A stretch of 64,000 nucleotides of DNA from a virus, in IMG/VR virus record IMGVR_UViG_3300045988_118131. One strand, 5' to 3'. Below the pieces are notes generated by a model. It saw only the letters and a list, made by a program, of their open reading frames with translations. It was not told the origin of the DNA and did not search any database. This document shows, one piece after another, positions 39,955 through 48,037 of this stretch. Position 1 is the first letter of the stretch, and every line of letters begins with the position of its first letter. The translations under genes were made by a program, and so were the position numbers.

Positions 39955-40308
39955 ATGAAAAAGACTGGAATATTTTTCAAATACCTCGGAAATAATCTCG
40001 ATGAACTTTACCAAGAAAGAATATCATCTCTAAGTGGAGATATTCAGGCAGCTAGTGAAGATAAAGTTAGAGCTTTGGAGAAAAGAGTCAGACAGCTCAA
40101 GAGAGAGAAGGAAAAACTTCTTGACTTGGGACTAAAGAATCGGCAGGACTTAACTCCTACATTTGAGAATATCGATGCAGAGGGGTGGGTAAAGCAATAT
40201 CATGAGTTGAACTATGATCTGGAGATTACTGAAACAGAACTTAAAGTAGCTAGAGCAACTCATAAAGAACTCTTTGGAGGCGAAGAGGAGGAAGAGGCAG
40301 AAGATTAA
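39955..40308 (+). CDS. Coiled-coil hypothetical protein
   Basis: 117-aa ORF. Confidence 0.55.
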   Translation: MKKTGIFFKYLGNNLDELYQERISSLSGDIQAASEDKVRALEKRVRQLKREKEKLLDLGLKNRQDLTPTFENIDAEGWVKQYHELNYDLEITETELKVARATHKELFGGEEEEEAED

Positions 40309-40356
40309 CCATCTAAAGGAAAAATCCAGTTAATTTGGAAGATTCTTTTAAATGGT
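40308..40356. repeat. Palindromic intergenic repeat, full copy
   Basis: ACCATCTAAAGGA...GATTCTTTTAAATGGT. Confidence 0.7.
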
Positions 40357-40369
40357 CTAATTTTTAAAC

Positions 40370-40732
40370 TTGTTTAAAATGAGAACAATAATTATTTCTA
40401 TCCTATTGATGCTGCCCATTCTCAGTAATGCGGCATCATATAAATATTTATATGCAACTAAAGACAAGGCTAAGAATGCAGTATTAGTAAGTGACAAATG
40501 GGCAAATATAGAGTTCGACGGTGAGGAAGAAATAATTATTCTCTCATTTGAAGATAAGTTTGCCTATTTTAACATTCTGGAGCTACTAGAAAAGACTAAA
40601 GAGGAAATTACATTCAAAGTTTTGACAGACAATAGAAAGGTAACAACTTTTACAGTTTCTGAAGACTTTGTGGTTTTCTTTTACAAGGATTATAAATTTA
40701 TTCTTACTAACATTCCAAAGAAATATTGGTAA
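40370..40732 (+). CDS. Secreted hypothetical protein
   Basis: N-terminal signal peptide IIISILLMLPILSNA. Confidence 0.55.
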   Translation: MFKMRTIIISILLMLPILSNAASYKYLYATKDKAKNAVLVSDKWANIEFDGEEEIIILSFEDKFAYFNILELLEKTKEEITFKVLTDNRKVTTFTVSEDFVVFFYKDYKFILTNIPKKYW

Positions 40733-40841
40733 AGTAATCATAAATTATAGTTTTTGTGGCAGTGCAAAAATACTACAATAATTTGAATATTATGAGCATA
40801 GCTTTAATACTAAAATGTTGAGTAGAAAATTTTTTGTAATG

Positions 40842-40877
40842 TTTGCTTGGTAGGTCAAAAAAATTGTAGTACCTTTG
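40842..40877 (+). promoter_or_regulatory. Bacteroidota-type promoter candidate upstream of a tRNA array
   Basis: TTTG (40842) and TACCTTTG (40870-40877), matching TAnnTTTG. The spacing is slightly long. Confidence 0.4.
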
Positions 40878-40914
40878 CACTGTTAATGTTCCAAACTACT
40901 AAAGTAGTCATAAT

Positions 40915-40985
40915 TGTCCTATGGTGTAATGGTAGCACAACAGATTTTGGTTCTGTCGGTCTAGGTTCGAATCCTAGTAGGACAA
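40915..40985 (+). tRNA. tRNA-Gln (UUG)
   Basis: Acceptor TGTCCTA/TAGGACA (U1-A72). D arm GTGT-AATGGTA-GCAC. Loop TTTTGGT. T arm CTAGG-TTCGAAT-CCTAG. Confidence 0.8.
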
Positions 40986-41159
40986 CTCATGTAAAGCAGT
41001 AGTACGACATTTAGGCATCGTACCTTATAATCCAAGAGTCGGTAAAGTCAGCTGAATAAATCCGATGAGGTATATCTATAGAATAAATGCCATAGCTAGC
41101 AACAAGATAACTATAGGAACTGAAATCTTCAGTGTAGAAATACTGCTTTACAACCTTAT

Positions 41160-41236
41160 AGGGACATATCCCCTCTGCCTTATACGCTGTTGAAAGGGTA
41201 ATTGGTCACATGTGGGTTCAAGCCCCACTGTCCCTA
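41160..41236 (+). ncRNA. tRNA-like element (acceptor + T arm only)
   Basis: AGGGACA/TGTCCCT 7-bp acceptor and GTGGG-TTCAAGC-CCCAC T arm. I could not fold the 45 nt between them into D and anticodon arms. Confidence 0.35.
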
Positions 41237-41255
41237 CTATAAGCAGGATTATAAA

Positions 41256-41340
41256 GCCTGGATGGTGGAATTGGTAGACACTTCAGATTTAAGCTCTGAT
41301 GCCCATTGCGGGCGTGTGGGTTCGAGTCCCACTCCAGGTA
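41256..41340 (+). tRNA. tRNA-Leu (UAA)
   Basis: Type II. Anticodon stem TCAGA/TCTGA with loop TTTAAGC. T arm GTGGG-TTCGAGT-CCCAC. Confidence 0.8.
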
Positions 41341-41379
41341 CATACTTAATCAATTAATTATTAATTAAATTAAATTAAA

Positions 41380-42459
41380 ATGAAGAAAGTATTATTGATG
41401 TTTATTGCTCTTATGAGTGTTGTGTGTTTGAGTGCACAAGAGTTGAGAATGCCAAAGTACAAGTTTACTGACAACTGGTCAATCAGTGTGGGTGGAGGAA
41501 TTATGTCCTCGTTTGGAGATAAACAAAGTTCTTTTGAACATAAAGATTTCTCCAATCCGTCTGTACATTTAGGATTAAACAAGTATTTTACTCCAGTAGC
41601 AGGAGCTAGATTTCAAGGAGAGTGGAAGAAGTTTAATACTGAATTAGAAGATGTCCATACAGCAGGAGTGTATAGTGATTTGTTAATCAACCCAATTAAC
41701 ATTTTCAATTCAAATTACGATAGAAAATTTAATGTAGTAATTCCAATTGGCGTAGGTTATTTACATTCATTTAAAAATGATCAAAGTGCAAAACAAGACT
41801 TCCTGATTCCCAGAGTTGGACTTCAACTTAATTATGATATTACAGACGCAGTACAATTAAATCTAGAGGGAATAGCTTCATTGTCGCATGACAAACTAGA
41901 CTTCATTGTAAATAAAGCACAGTATGACGGGTTTATTACTACCTCTTTAGGAATTACCTATAAATTTAAGAACCATAATGGAAGTCGAGGATTTAAGTAT
42001 ATTCCATCTTATGACCAGGAAGATATTGACTTTTTAAATGAGGAAATTAACAGAATTAAGGCAGAATGTGAGAAAACTCCGAAAACAATTACTGTAGTTG
42101 ATACTATTCACGTAAAAGATACTGTATTTGTTAGAGAAGTTTCTCCAACTACTATTAGATTCCATATTAATTCTGCTGAAATAGCTCCTGAACAAATGGC
42201 TAATGTTAGAAACATAGCTGATCATGTTAAGGACAATGCTATTAAAAAGTTAGTAGTTACTGGTTATGCTGATGCCAAAACTGGAACTCCAGAATATAAT
42301 CAGAAACTCAGTGAGAAGAGAGCAGAATCTGTTAAAAGAGCATTAATTAGTTTTGGAGTGCCTGAAGATAGACTGATTGTAGGAGCTGAGGGAGATAAAG
42401 TTCAGCAGTATGAGAACAATGATTGGAATCGAGCTACAATTATAGTCTCTCAAAACTAA
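41380..42459 (+). CDS. OmpA-family outer-membrane protein
   Basis: Signal peptide MKKVLLMFIALMSVVCLSAQ, a beta-barrel-like N-terminal half, and a C-terminal OmpA_C-like domain (..VVTGYADAKTGTPEYNQKLSEKRAESVKRAL..). Confidence 0.75.
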   Translation: MKKVLLMFIALMSVVCLSAQELRMPKYKFTDNWSISVGGGIMSSFGDKQSSFEHKDFSNPSVHLGLNKYFTPVAGARFQGEWKKFNTELEDVHTAGVYSDLLINPINIFNSNYDRKFNVVIPIGVGYLHSFKNDQSAKQDFLIPRVGLQLNYDITDAVQLNLEGIASLSHDKLDFIVNKAQYDGFITTSLGITYKFKNHNGSRGFKYIPSYDQEDIDFLNEEINRIKAECEKTPKTITVVDTIHVKDTVFVREVSPTTIRFHINSAEIAPEQMANVRNIADHVKDNAIKKLVVTGYADAKTGTPEYNQKLSEKRAESVKRALISFGVPEDRLIVGAEGDKVQQYENNDWNRATIIVSQN

Positions 42460-42465
42460 ATCCAG

Positions 42466-42515
42466 ACCATTTAAAAGGAATATCCAAATTGATTCGAAGT
42501 TCTCTTTTAAATGGT
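42466..42515. repeat. Palindromic intergenic repeat, full copy
   Basis: ACCATTTAAAAGGA...TCTCTTTTAAATGGT. Confidence 0.7.
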
Positions 42516-42535
42516 TAAACTCAAAAATCTCTATT

Positions 42536-42823
42536 ATGTCCAAAAGTAAAAAACTTCCTATCTACAAGGATAGAGGAATTGCACAACATAGCACTTTCAG
42601 AAGAAAAATAAAAAGAAGAATAAGACAAAAAGTCAAAGAGTTATTAACTCTACTGGATATAGAATCTTATGAACTTCCCTCTCCGAAAGTTTTGGTAAAT
42701 GACTATGATTGGTGTGATTATATCTTTGATTTTAGATTTAAGAGCCAAAGTAGATATATAAGAGATACAGAAGAGTATGATAAATATATGGAAGAATCGC
42801 AAATTAGATATTCTAGAAAATAG
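42536..42823 (+). CDS. Basic hypothetical protein
   Basis: 95-aa ORF, RRKIKRRIRQK. Confidence 0.5.
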   Translation: MSKSKKLPIYKDRGIAQHSTFRRKIKRRIRQKVKELLTLLDIESYELPSPKVLVNDYDWCDYIFDFRFKSQSRYIRDTEEYDKYMEESQIRYSRK

Positions 42824-43004
42824 AATCTAATCTTTTTAGATTCTTTATATTTAAAGAGTGACTAAATAAAAGAACTCCTTTATATAAGGACAACTTTTGC
42901 CAACCTAGTGAGGTTTTATCCTAGTGTCACCACTCTTGATGAGTAGAGGATAGATCTTTATGGCAACATAAAGTTAACAACCTCCTCCAAATAGAGGAGG
43001 ATTT

Positions 43005-43077
43005 CGAGTAATGATGTTCAATGGTAGCATGATAGCTTTGGGAGCTATTCGAGCCAGTTCGAGTCTGGCTTACTCGA
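43005..43077 (+). tRNA. tRNA-Pro (UGG)
   Basis: Acceptor CGAGTAA/TTACTCG. Anticodon stem ATAGC/GCTAT with loop TTTGGGA. T arm GCCAG-TTCGAGT-CTGGC. Confidence 0.7.
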
Positions 43078-43330
43078 CGAGCAGAAGTAACAGTATAGTG
43101 TAGAGTTGCATAATTGCCTTAAACAAGTAATAGGTGGGAGCGTAACGAACTTCTACTGTAGAACTTCATCCTGTTTCGACATTTTCAGTCTAAATGCTGG
43201 GTGGTTACTTCCCAATTAAATAGTAGACCGTGTCTAGCTACGTTATCAACTAGTCGTGTTGTACGGTTAGAACAGCTCCTTCTAGGGTAATCAGACGTTC
43301 CGCATGGTGTTCGATAAAATCATGCAATAT

Positions 43331-43413
43331 CGCGAGGTAGTGTAAAGGTAACATCCTAGGCTCATAACCTAGAGAAGCGAAGAGTGTTGCAGGTTCGAGT
43401 CCTGCCCTCGCAA
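43331..43413 (+). tRNA. tRNA with anticodon CAU (Met/Ile2 class), C1xA72 mismatch and 16-nt variable region
   Basis: Acceptor CGCGAGG/CCTCGCA. Anticodon stem CTAGG/CCTAG with loop CTCATAA. T arm GCAGG-TTCGAGT-CCTGC. Confidence 0.55.
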
Positions 43414-43476
43414 CAAGGGTCAATCGGAAGATTGATTCTACAAGTTGTAAATAAACCGGTCAATGTTTATGACTTG

Positions 43477-43552
43477 TGCGGAATGGAGAAGTGGTCTATC
43501 TCGCTGGGGCACATATGCTCAGAGGCCAGAGGTTCGAATCCTCTTTCCGCAA
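43477..43552 (+). tRNA. tRNA-like gene with expanded 9-nt anticodon loop (GCACAUAUG), isotype undetermined
   Basis: Acceptor TGCGGAA/TTCCGCA. D arm GAGA-AGTGGTCTA-TCTC. Stem CTGGG/CTCAG. T arm AGAGG-TTCGAAT-CCTCT. Confidence 0.45.
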
Positions 43553-43904
43553 CAAACTCCTTTTGTGGCTCCCAATAAATTAATTATTAACAATTTAAAA
43601 TTTTTTAAGTATGAAAAAAGTAATTAATGTTGTAAAGAAAGCTGCTGAGTGGTATTTTGAACAGAGTTCCAAAAGCTATGTATGGTTAGTTTCAGGAACT
43701 ATTCCTCCGCCTAACAAAGGTTTGGAGTGAATATACTACTAATGTTAGAAATGTAAACACTAAAAATATGAAAGATAACAGATTTAAATTAATTTCCATA
43801 ATATTTGGAATTATTTTATTTATTGTGTTGATGATTCAATGGTAATTTCCTCAATGGGGGAAATAGGTAGACCCACTGGTAAGAATTTTACATGATAATT
43901 AAAT

Positions 43905-43992
43905 ACCCTCTTGTTGGAACTGGTAGACATCCATGATTTAGGCTCATGGGCGAAGTAACAGTAGCGTGAGAGTTCGAATCTCTCAGAGGGTA
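43905..43992 (+). tRNA. tRNA-Leu (UAG)
   Basis: Type II. Acceptor ACCCTCT/AGAGGGT. Anticodon stem CATGA/TCATG with loop TTTAGGC. T arm GAGAG-TTCGAAT-CTCTC. Confidence 0.8.
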
Positions 43993-43994
43993 CT

Positions 43995-44180
43995 ATGCGT
44001 AGAACAGACATTTTAGAACGTAAAGAAGACATCCTTAAATGGATAGGAGAAGATTTACCAAATGCAGAGATTGCTAGAAGACTAGCCTGTAAAGTAGATA
44101 CTTTAAAGTCTTATTACACTAAGATGGGAATAACATACTCAGGTAATCAAATTATTTGTTTAATTCTAAAAATAAATTAA
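43995..44180 (+). CDS. Small helix-turn-helix DNA-binding protein (tentative)
   Basis: ..LPNAEIARRLACKVDTLKSYY.. HTH-like segment. Confidence 0.45.
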   Translation: MRRTDILERKEDILKWIGEDLPNAEIARRLACKVDTLKSYYTKMGITYSGNQIICLILKIN

Positions 44181-44181
44181 G

Positions 44182-44451
44182 ATGAAAGTAGTACTAAGTA
44201 CAGTATTAGATTTCGAATCCTTAGAGGACATAGTAGCTGCTTGTGCAGATTGTATTGAAAATAGTGATTTAACATCTCTTGACGATGGAGTTCCAGAGGA
44301 TTGGGATCTGCCCGAAGTTTGGAATGAAGAAGTGGTTAAAGACTTCTTAAAATTCAATGGTTCTATATTTGCTAGATGTCAAGGAATTGATTTGGAGACA
44401 GATCTTTTTGACGATAATTTTAGTGAAACAAGAGTAGAAATAGAAGAGTAA
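44182..44451 (+). CDS. Acidic hypothetical protein
   Basis: 89-aa ORF. Confidence 0.55.
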   Translation: MKVVLSTVLDFESLEDIVAACADCIENSDLTSLDDGVPEDWDLPEVWNEEVVKDFLKFNGSIFARCQGIDLETDLFDDNFSETRVEIEE

Positions 44452-44645
44452 TGATAGGACTTATTTTGTTTGTAGTATGGGTAGTTTCCGTGGTAGGTGC
44501 AGTATCATATTATGCACGGGAAACCATGGATCCCACCGCACCTAGAGTAGTAATAGCTTTTTTCCCTATAGTAAATACTTTATTCTGTTTAAGAAAAAGG
44601 TTGTTTAGTAATGTATTCAATGACATAGTTAAAGAATTTAAATAA
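44451..44645 (+). CDS. Small membrane protein
   Basis: 64 aa, two hydrophobic segments. Confidence 0.5.
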   Translation: MIGLILFVVWVVSVVGAVSYYARETMDPTAPRVVIAFFPIVNTLFCLRKRLFSNVFNDIVKEFK

Positions 44646-45202
44646 TGCCGAGTTATCAAATTACGATTAATGCTCCAGAGGGTAAAATTCCAGTTTACAA
44701 CGAAAGTACTCAAAGTATTGATTTTGTAGACTCTGACATTAGAGAAAAAGTTAAAACCTACGAGGATGCACTTAAAGTCTTGGGAGAAGAAAGACCATCC
44801 TATGTTGATGACATGCCCAAACATCTAGCTGCAAGAATCAAATGTGAGACTATATTGAGAGCATTGAATGGGGATCACAAATTCCATCTTACGGAGGGTG
44901 CTTGGTATTATCCTTGGTTAAAAATATATCTAGAATCTAGTACTCCTAAAGAGTATAAGATAGAAAGTAATCCTCTATTTCTTTATGAAGGTAAAAAATA
45001 CTGGCTGCGCTCTGGTAATTTTGCCTATGTTCCTGGCGGCGTCGCTTATTTCGATGCTGTTAATGGTTCTGGCGATTCTTCTACCTATGTCGGCTTCGCT
45101 TGCCGGAGTAGAGAGATAGCGGACTATTTTAGTGAGCAATTCAAAAAGCTCTATTTCGATGCTATCTACGGAGGCATATTAGAGTATAAATGGTGTAATT
45201 AA
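44645..45202 (+). CDS. Hypothetical protein
   Basis: 185-aa ORF. Confidence 0.6.
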   Translation: MPSYQITINAPEGKIPVYNESTQSIDFVDSDIREKVKTYEDALKVLGEERPSYVDDMPKHLAARIKCETILRALNGDHKFHLTEGAWYYPWLKIYLESSTPKEYKIESNPLFLYEGKKYWLRSGNFAYVPGGVAYFDAVNGSGDSSTYVGFACRSREIADYFSEQFKKLYFDAIYGGILEYKWCN

Positions 45203-45218
45203 ACAAAAAAAACAAAAT

Positions 45219-46118
45219 ATGAAAAAGTGTAATGAAGTATTTTTCAGTGATAAAGGTATGACTAGTACAAGTGCGAATCATTTAGCTAACATTGCCGCTG
45301 AAGTGGTTCAAGCTCGTAAACTGGAGTTAGAAAACGTTACGTTTATTAGCGAATATATTTCTGTACTAGGCACTAACAGAGAAAAGGTTCTTGTTGTAGA
45401 AGGTAATAGTGCAGAGGATATAACTAGGATAAAAGAATCTCTTAAATTTATTTCCGAAGCCAATTCATTTATCGCTTGGGTTAGAGAAGCTATAAAGGCT
45501 AAAGAAGAAGAGCTTAATGAAATATCAAACATCTCTTTAGAAGATTATTGCAACCTAATGAAAGTTGAAGTTCCTCTATTGCCTAGCAGGATGCAAGAAG
45601 TCACCGAAGAAGACATTTTGGGAACTTGGAATATTAAAGAGAGAAATGAGTATTACTCGTTGGAAGCCTACTCAGCTGCTATCGGTAAATTTATTCACCC
45701 AAATGGAGCTTTTTCTAAAGCTCGTAAGCAGTTACAGGCTAAGCTAACTAGACCTCATAGTGTAGATAAGAGTTCTTCTTCCAACATAGTAATCTATGAC
45801 TATATTCCCTCAGTAGAGCTATCTACAGTTGAAGATTCGTTTCTTGAGATGCAGAATACGCATAGAGCTTTGACTGCTAGGCTAAATCAGTTGAAATTTA
45901 GATTGAAGACTGAGGCGGCAGAGTTAACTAGGAAAAGACATGATGAATGGCACATGCTTGCAGATGAAATGAATTCTAGAAGACAAAAACTATATTCAGA
46001 CTTAATTACTTATAAAAATTCTGAAACTCAGAAAATAAGTCAACTGAAAATAGTTATTCCAGAGGCACTTAAAGAAGTGTTTGATTTTCTTCAGAATATC
46101 CAAAATGCAAAGAAATAA
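45219..46118 (+). CDS. Hypothetical protein
   Basis: 299-aa ORF. Confidence 0.6.
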   Translation: MKKCNEVFFSDKGMTSTSANHLANIAAEVVQARKLELENVTFISEYISVLGTNREKVLVVEGNSAEDITRIKESLKFISEANSFIAWVREAIKAKEEELNEISNISLEDYCNLMKVEVPLLPSRMQEVTEEDILGTWNIKERNEYYSLEAYSAAIGKFIHPNGAFSKARKQLQAKLTRPHSVDKSSSSNIVIYDYIPSVELSTVEDSFLEMQNTHRALTARLNQLKFRLKTEAAELTRKRHDEWHMLADEMNSRRQKLYSDLITYKNSETQKISQLKIVIPEALKEVFDFLQNIQNAKK

Positions 46119-46362
46119 AGGTGAATAGGACTTAATCCTCATTGGGATTTAACCATTCTTTGTGTGAGTAAAGAAATATACCAATAATTTATTAAATAAA
46201 GAATATAATCTTAATTTGTCAATCTGACAAATGTTTAAATTACTGACAGTTCGCAGAAATATATTAAATTTCTGTCTTGGTTTTTGGCTTCGCTTTGCGA
46301 ACTGGTCTTTGCTTTCGATTTAGTTCTTGGCATAATTATATTTCTTTACTCACGACTTAAAT

Positions 46363-46435
46363 GTCCCTATCGTCTAGTGGTTTAGGACAAAGCACTTTCG
46401 ATGCTTAAACACGAGTTCGAGTCTCGTTGGGGATA
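46363..46435 (+). tRNA. tRNA-Glu (UUC)
   Basis: Acceptor GTCCCTA/TGGGGAT. Anticodon stem AAGCA/TGCTT with loop CTTTCGA. T arm ACGAG-TTCGAGT-CTCGT. Confidence 0.75.
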
Positions 46436-46471
46436 CTAAAAATAAAATTTTTGTAAAAATTTTATCAGATA

Positions 46472-46503
46472 TTTGGCTAGTAAAAATAAAAGTAGTATCT
46501 TTG
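46472..46503 (+). promoter_or_regulatory. Bacteroidota-type promoter (-33 TTTG / -7 TAnnTTTG)
   Basis: TTTG at 46472 and TATCTTTG at 46496-46503, 20-nt spacer. The first RNA gene starts 11 nt downstream. Confidence 0.55.
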
Positions 46504-46513
46504 TATCACTATT

Positions 46514-46569
46514 TCGAAGGTATAGTGTAAAGGTAGCATAACTCACTGTCTATGAGCCATACTTTCGGC
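46514..46569 (+). ncRNA. T-arm-less tRNA-like element with GUC (Asp-type) anticodon hairpin
   Basis: Acceptor TCGAAGG/CTTTCGG. D arm GTGT-AAAGGTA-GCAT. Stem CTCA/TGAG with loop CTGTCTA. Only 5 nt sit where the variable region and T arm should be. Confidence 0.3.
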
Positions 46570-46576
46570 AAAATAT

Positions 46577-46650
46577 TGGGTAATGGGAAAGTTGATTAAT
46601 CCGCTGCATTTGGGATGCAGAGATCGCCAGTTTGAGTCTGACTTACCCAA
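46577..46650 (+). tRNA. tRNA-Pro (UGG), second copy, slightly degenerate
   Basis: Acceptor TGGGTAA/TTACCCA. Anticodon stem CTGCA/TGCAG with loop TTTGGGA. T arm GCCAG-TTTGAGT-CTGAC with one mismatch. Confidence 0.55.
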
Positions 46651-46656
46651 CTATTT

Positions 46657-46731
46657 AGAGGATTAGCTCAGTTGGTTCAGAGCACTTGATTTACATTCAA
46701 GGGGTCATGAGTTCGAATCTCATATCCTCTA
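46657..46731 (+). tRNA. tRNA-Val (UAC)
   Basis: Acceptor AGAGGAT/ATCCTCT. D arm GCTC-AGTTGGTTC-AGAGC. Loop TTTACAT. T arm ATGAG-TTCGAAT-CTCAT. Confidence 0.8.
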
Positions 46732-46751
46732 CTCAAATTAATTAAAAATAG

Positions 46752-47051
46752 ATGATTATGGATTATTTAATTTTAGGTATTTGTATTTTAATTTGTATTT
46801 TAGTGGTGTTCCTTCTAGTAGCATTGATGTTTTGTAACTACATGATAGATAGGAACGATCTAGTTTATAATTTTCGTATGACAGTGTTTACAGAAAATCC
46901 TGACATGTACGAAAAGTTACCATCCTATGATACTATGATGTCCTATTTCTGGATTTCGTTGTGTGATTTAGATAACTGGATAGACTTTAAATACCCAGAA
47001 TGTGGAGGAATCTTTCAAGCTATTAGAAATTATATCAACTATAAAAACTAA
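46752..47051 (+). CDS. Membrane protein
   Basis: 99 aa, N-terminal TM segment. Confidence 0.55.
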   Translation: MIMDYLILGICILICILVVFLLVALMFCNYMIDRNDLVYNFRMTVFTENPDMYEKLPSYDTMMSYFWISLCDLDNWIDFKYPECGGIFQAIRNYINYKN

Positions 47052-47055
47052 TAAA

Positions 47056-47283
47056 ATGACAATATTAACTTTCTATAGTATTGGAGTATTAATCTCAATA
47101 ATATTCCTTGCGATTTTATCCTATATTGCTATCTACAAAGGTAGAGATTTAACCTTAAGAGTATTGATCTCAATAATATTGTATAGTTTAGCATCTTGGT
47201 TTTGCATATTTTCTATTATTGTTATTTTAGTTATAAATTGCTTATCGAAGTTTGATACAATATTAATAAAAGGTAGAAAATAA
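47056..47283 (+). CDS. Small membrane protein
   Basis: ATG inside track ORF 47002..47283; two TM segments. Confidence 0.5.
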   Translation: MTILTFYSIGVLISIIFLAILSYIAIYKGRDLTLRVLISIILYSLASWFCIFSIIVILVINCLSKFDTILIKGRK

Positions 47284-47290
47284 TAAAGTT

Positions 47291-47365
47291 GGCTCGCTAG
47301 CTCAATAGGATTAGAGCAACAGCCTTCTAAGCTGTAGGTTCTGCGTTCGAATCGCAGGCGAGTCA
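47291..47365 (+). tRNA. tRNA-Arg (UCU)
   Basis: Acceptor GGCTCGC/GCGAGTC. Anticodon stem ACAGC/GCTGT with loop CTTCTAA. T arm CTGCG-TTCGAAT-CGCAG. Confidence 0.85.
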
Positions 47366-47385
47366 CCATTTAAAAGGAATATTAT

Positions 47386-47724
47386 ATGAGAATTACTTCA
47401 GAAGAATATACTCAACTAATTAATAAGTTGAAAAATTTAAAATCTTCATATTTAGATTCTCCGCTCCAATTTGGAAAATATAAAGGGAGAACTTTAAGAT
47501 GGATAAAATCTTATGATTTGCAATACATATATTGGTTAGCTGATAATACAGATTTCCCTATAGATTTAAATCTTCTTGATTTGCCAGAAAATAATACTTT
47601 TAAGCAAAATATTAGTAAAGAAATTTCTGCTGATATAGAAGATACCTTTATAAGGGACTGTCGCATAGAAAGAGAGCAATCTCAAATTGAAGCCTACAGA
47701 AGAGAACACGGTCATGGCTGGTAA
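47386..47724 (+). CDS. Hypothetical protein
   Basis: 112-aa ORF. Confidence 0.6.
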   Translation: MRITSEEYTQLINKLKNLKSSYLDSPLQFGKYKGRTLRWIKSYDLQYIYWLADNTDFPIDLNLLDLPENNTFKQNISKEISADIEDTFIRDCRIEREQSQIEAYRREHGHGW

Positions 47725-47861
47725 AATATTTCCTTCTACGCCTCTCTAAATTTGGATATTGATGCGCACCGAGAGGAGGAGTTCTTTCCTATCAACGACC
47801 AAAGTAGGAGATAGGTTGAGATACTGCTAATATAGTCGGCTATTAGTATGGATCTCGTAAT

Positions 47862-47933
47862 GGAGGAGTAGCTCAATGGTAGAGCGCAGGTTTGAAGAAC
47901 CTGGCGTTGGGGGTTCAATTCCCTCCTTCTCCA
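47862..47933 (+). tRNA. tRNA-Phe (GAA)
   Basis: Acceptor GGAGGAG/CTTCTCC. Anticodon stem CAGGT/ACCTG with loop TTGAAGA. T loop TTCAATT. Confidence 0.8.
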
Positions 47934-47940
47934 CAATTTA

Positions 47941-48013
47941 GCGGGATTGGTGTTAATGGTTAGCATACGACTCTTCCAAAGTCAAGGAGACAGTTCGAGT
48001 CTGTTATCCCGCA
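47941..48013 (+). tRNA. tRNA-Gly (UCC)
   Basis: Acceptor GCGGGAT/ATCCCGC. Loop CTTCCAA. T arm ACAG-TTCGAGT-CTGT. Confidence 0.75.
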
Positions 48014-48037
48014 CAAGTCTATAAAACTACTTGAAGT

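Noticed and set aside
43853-43895. Leu-type tRNA 5' half (GGGGAAATAGGTAGACCC...) just upstream of tRNA-Leu(UAG).
   Set aside because: It has only a D-arm-like segment, with no anticodon stem, T arm or acceptor partner. It is probably a decayed duplicate and was not listed as a feature.
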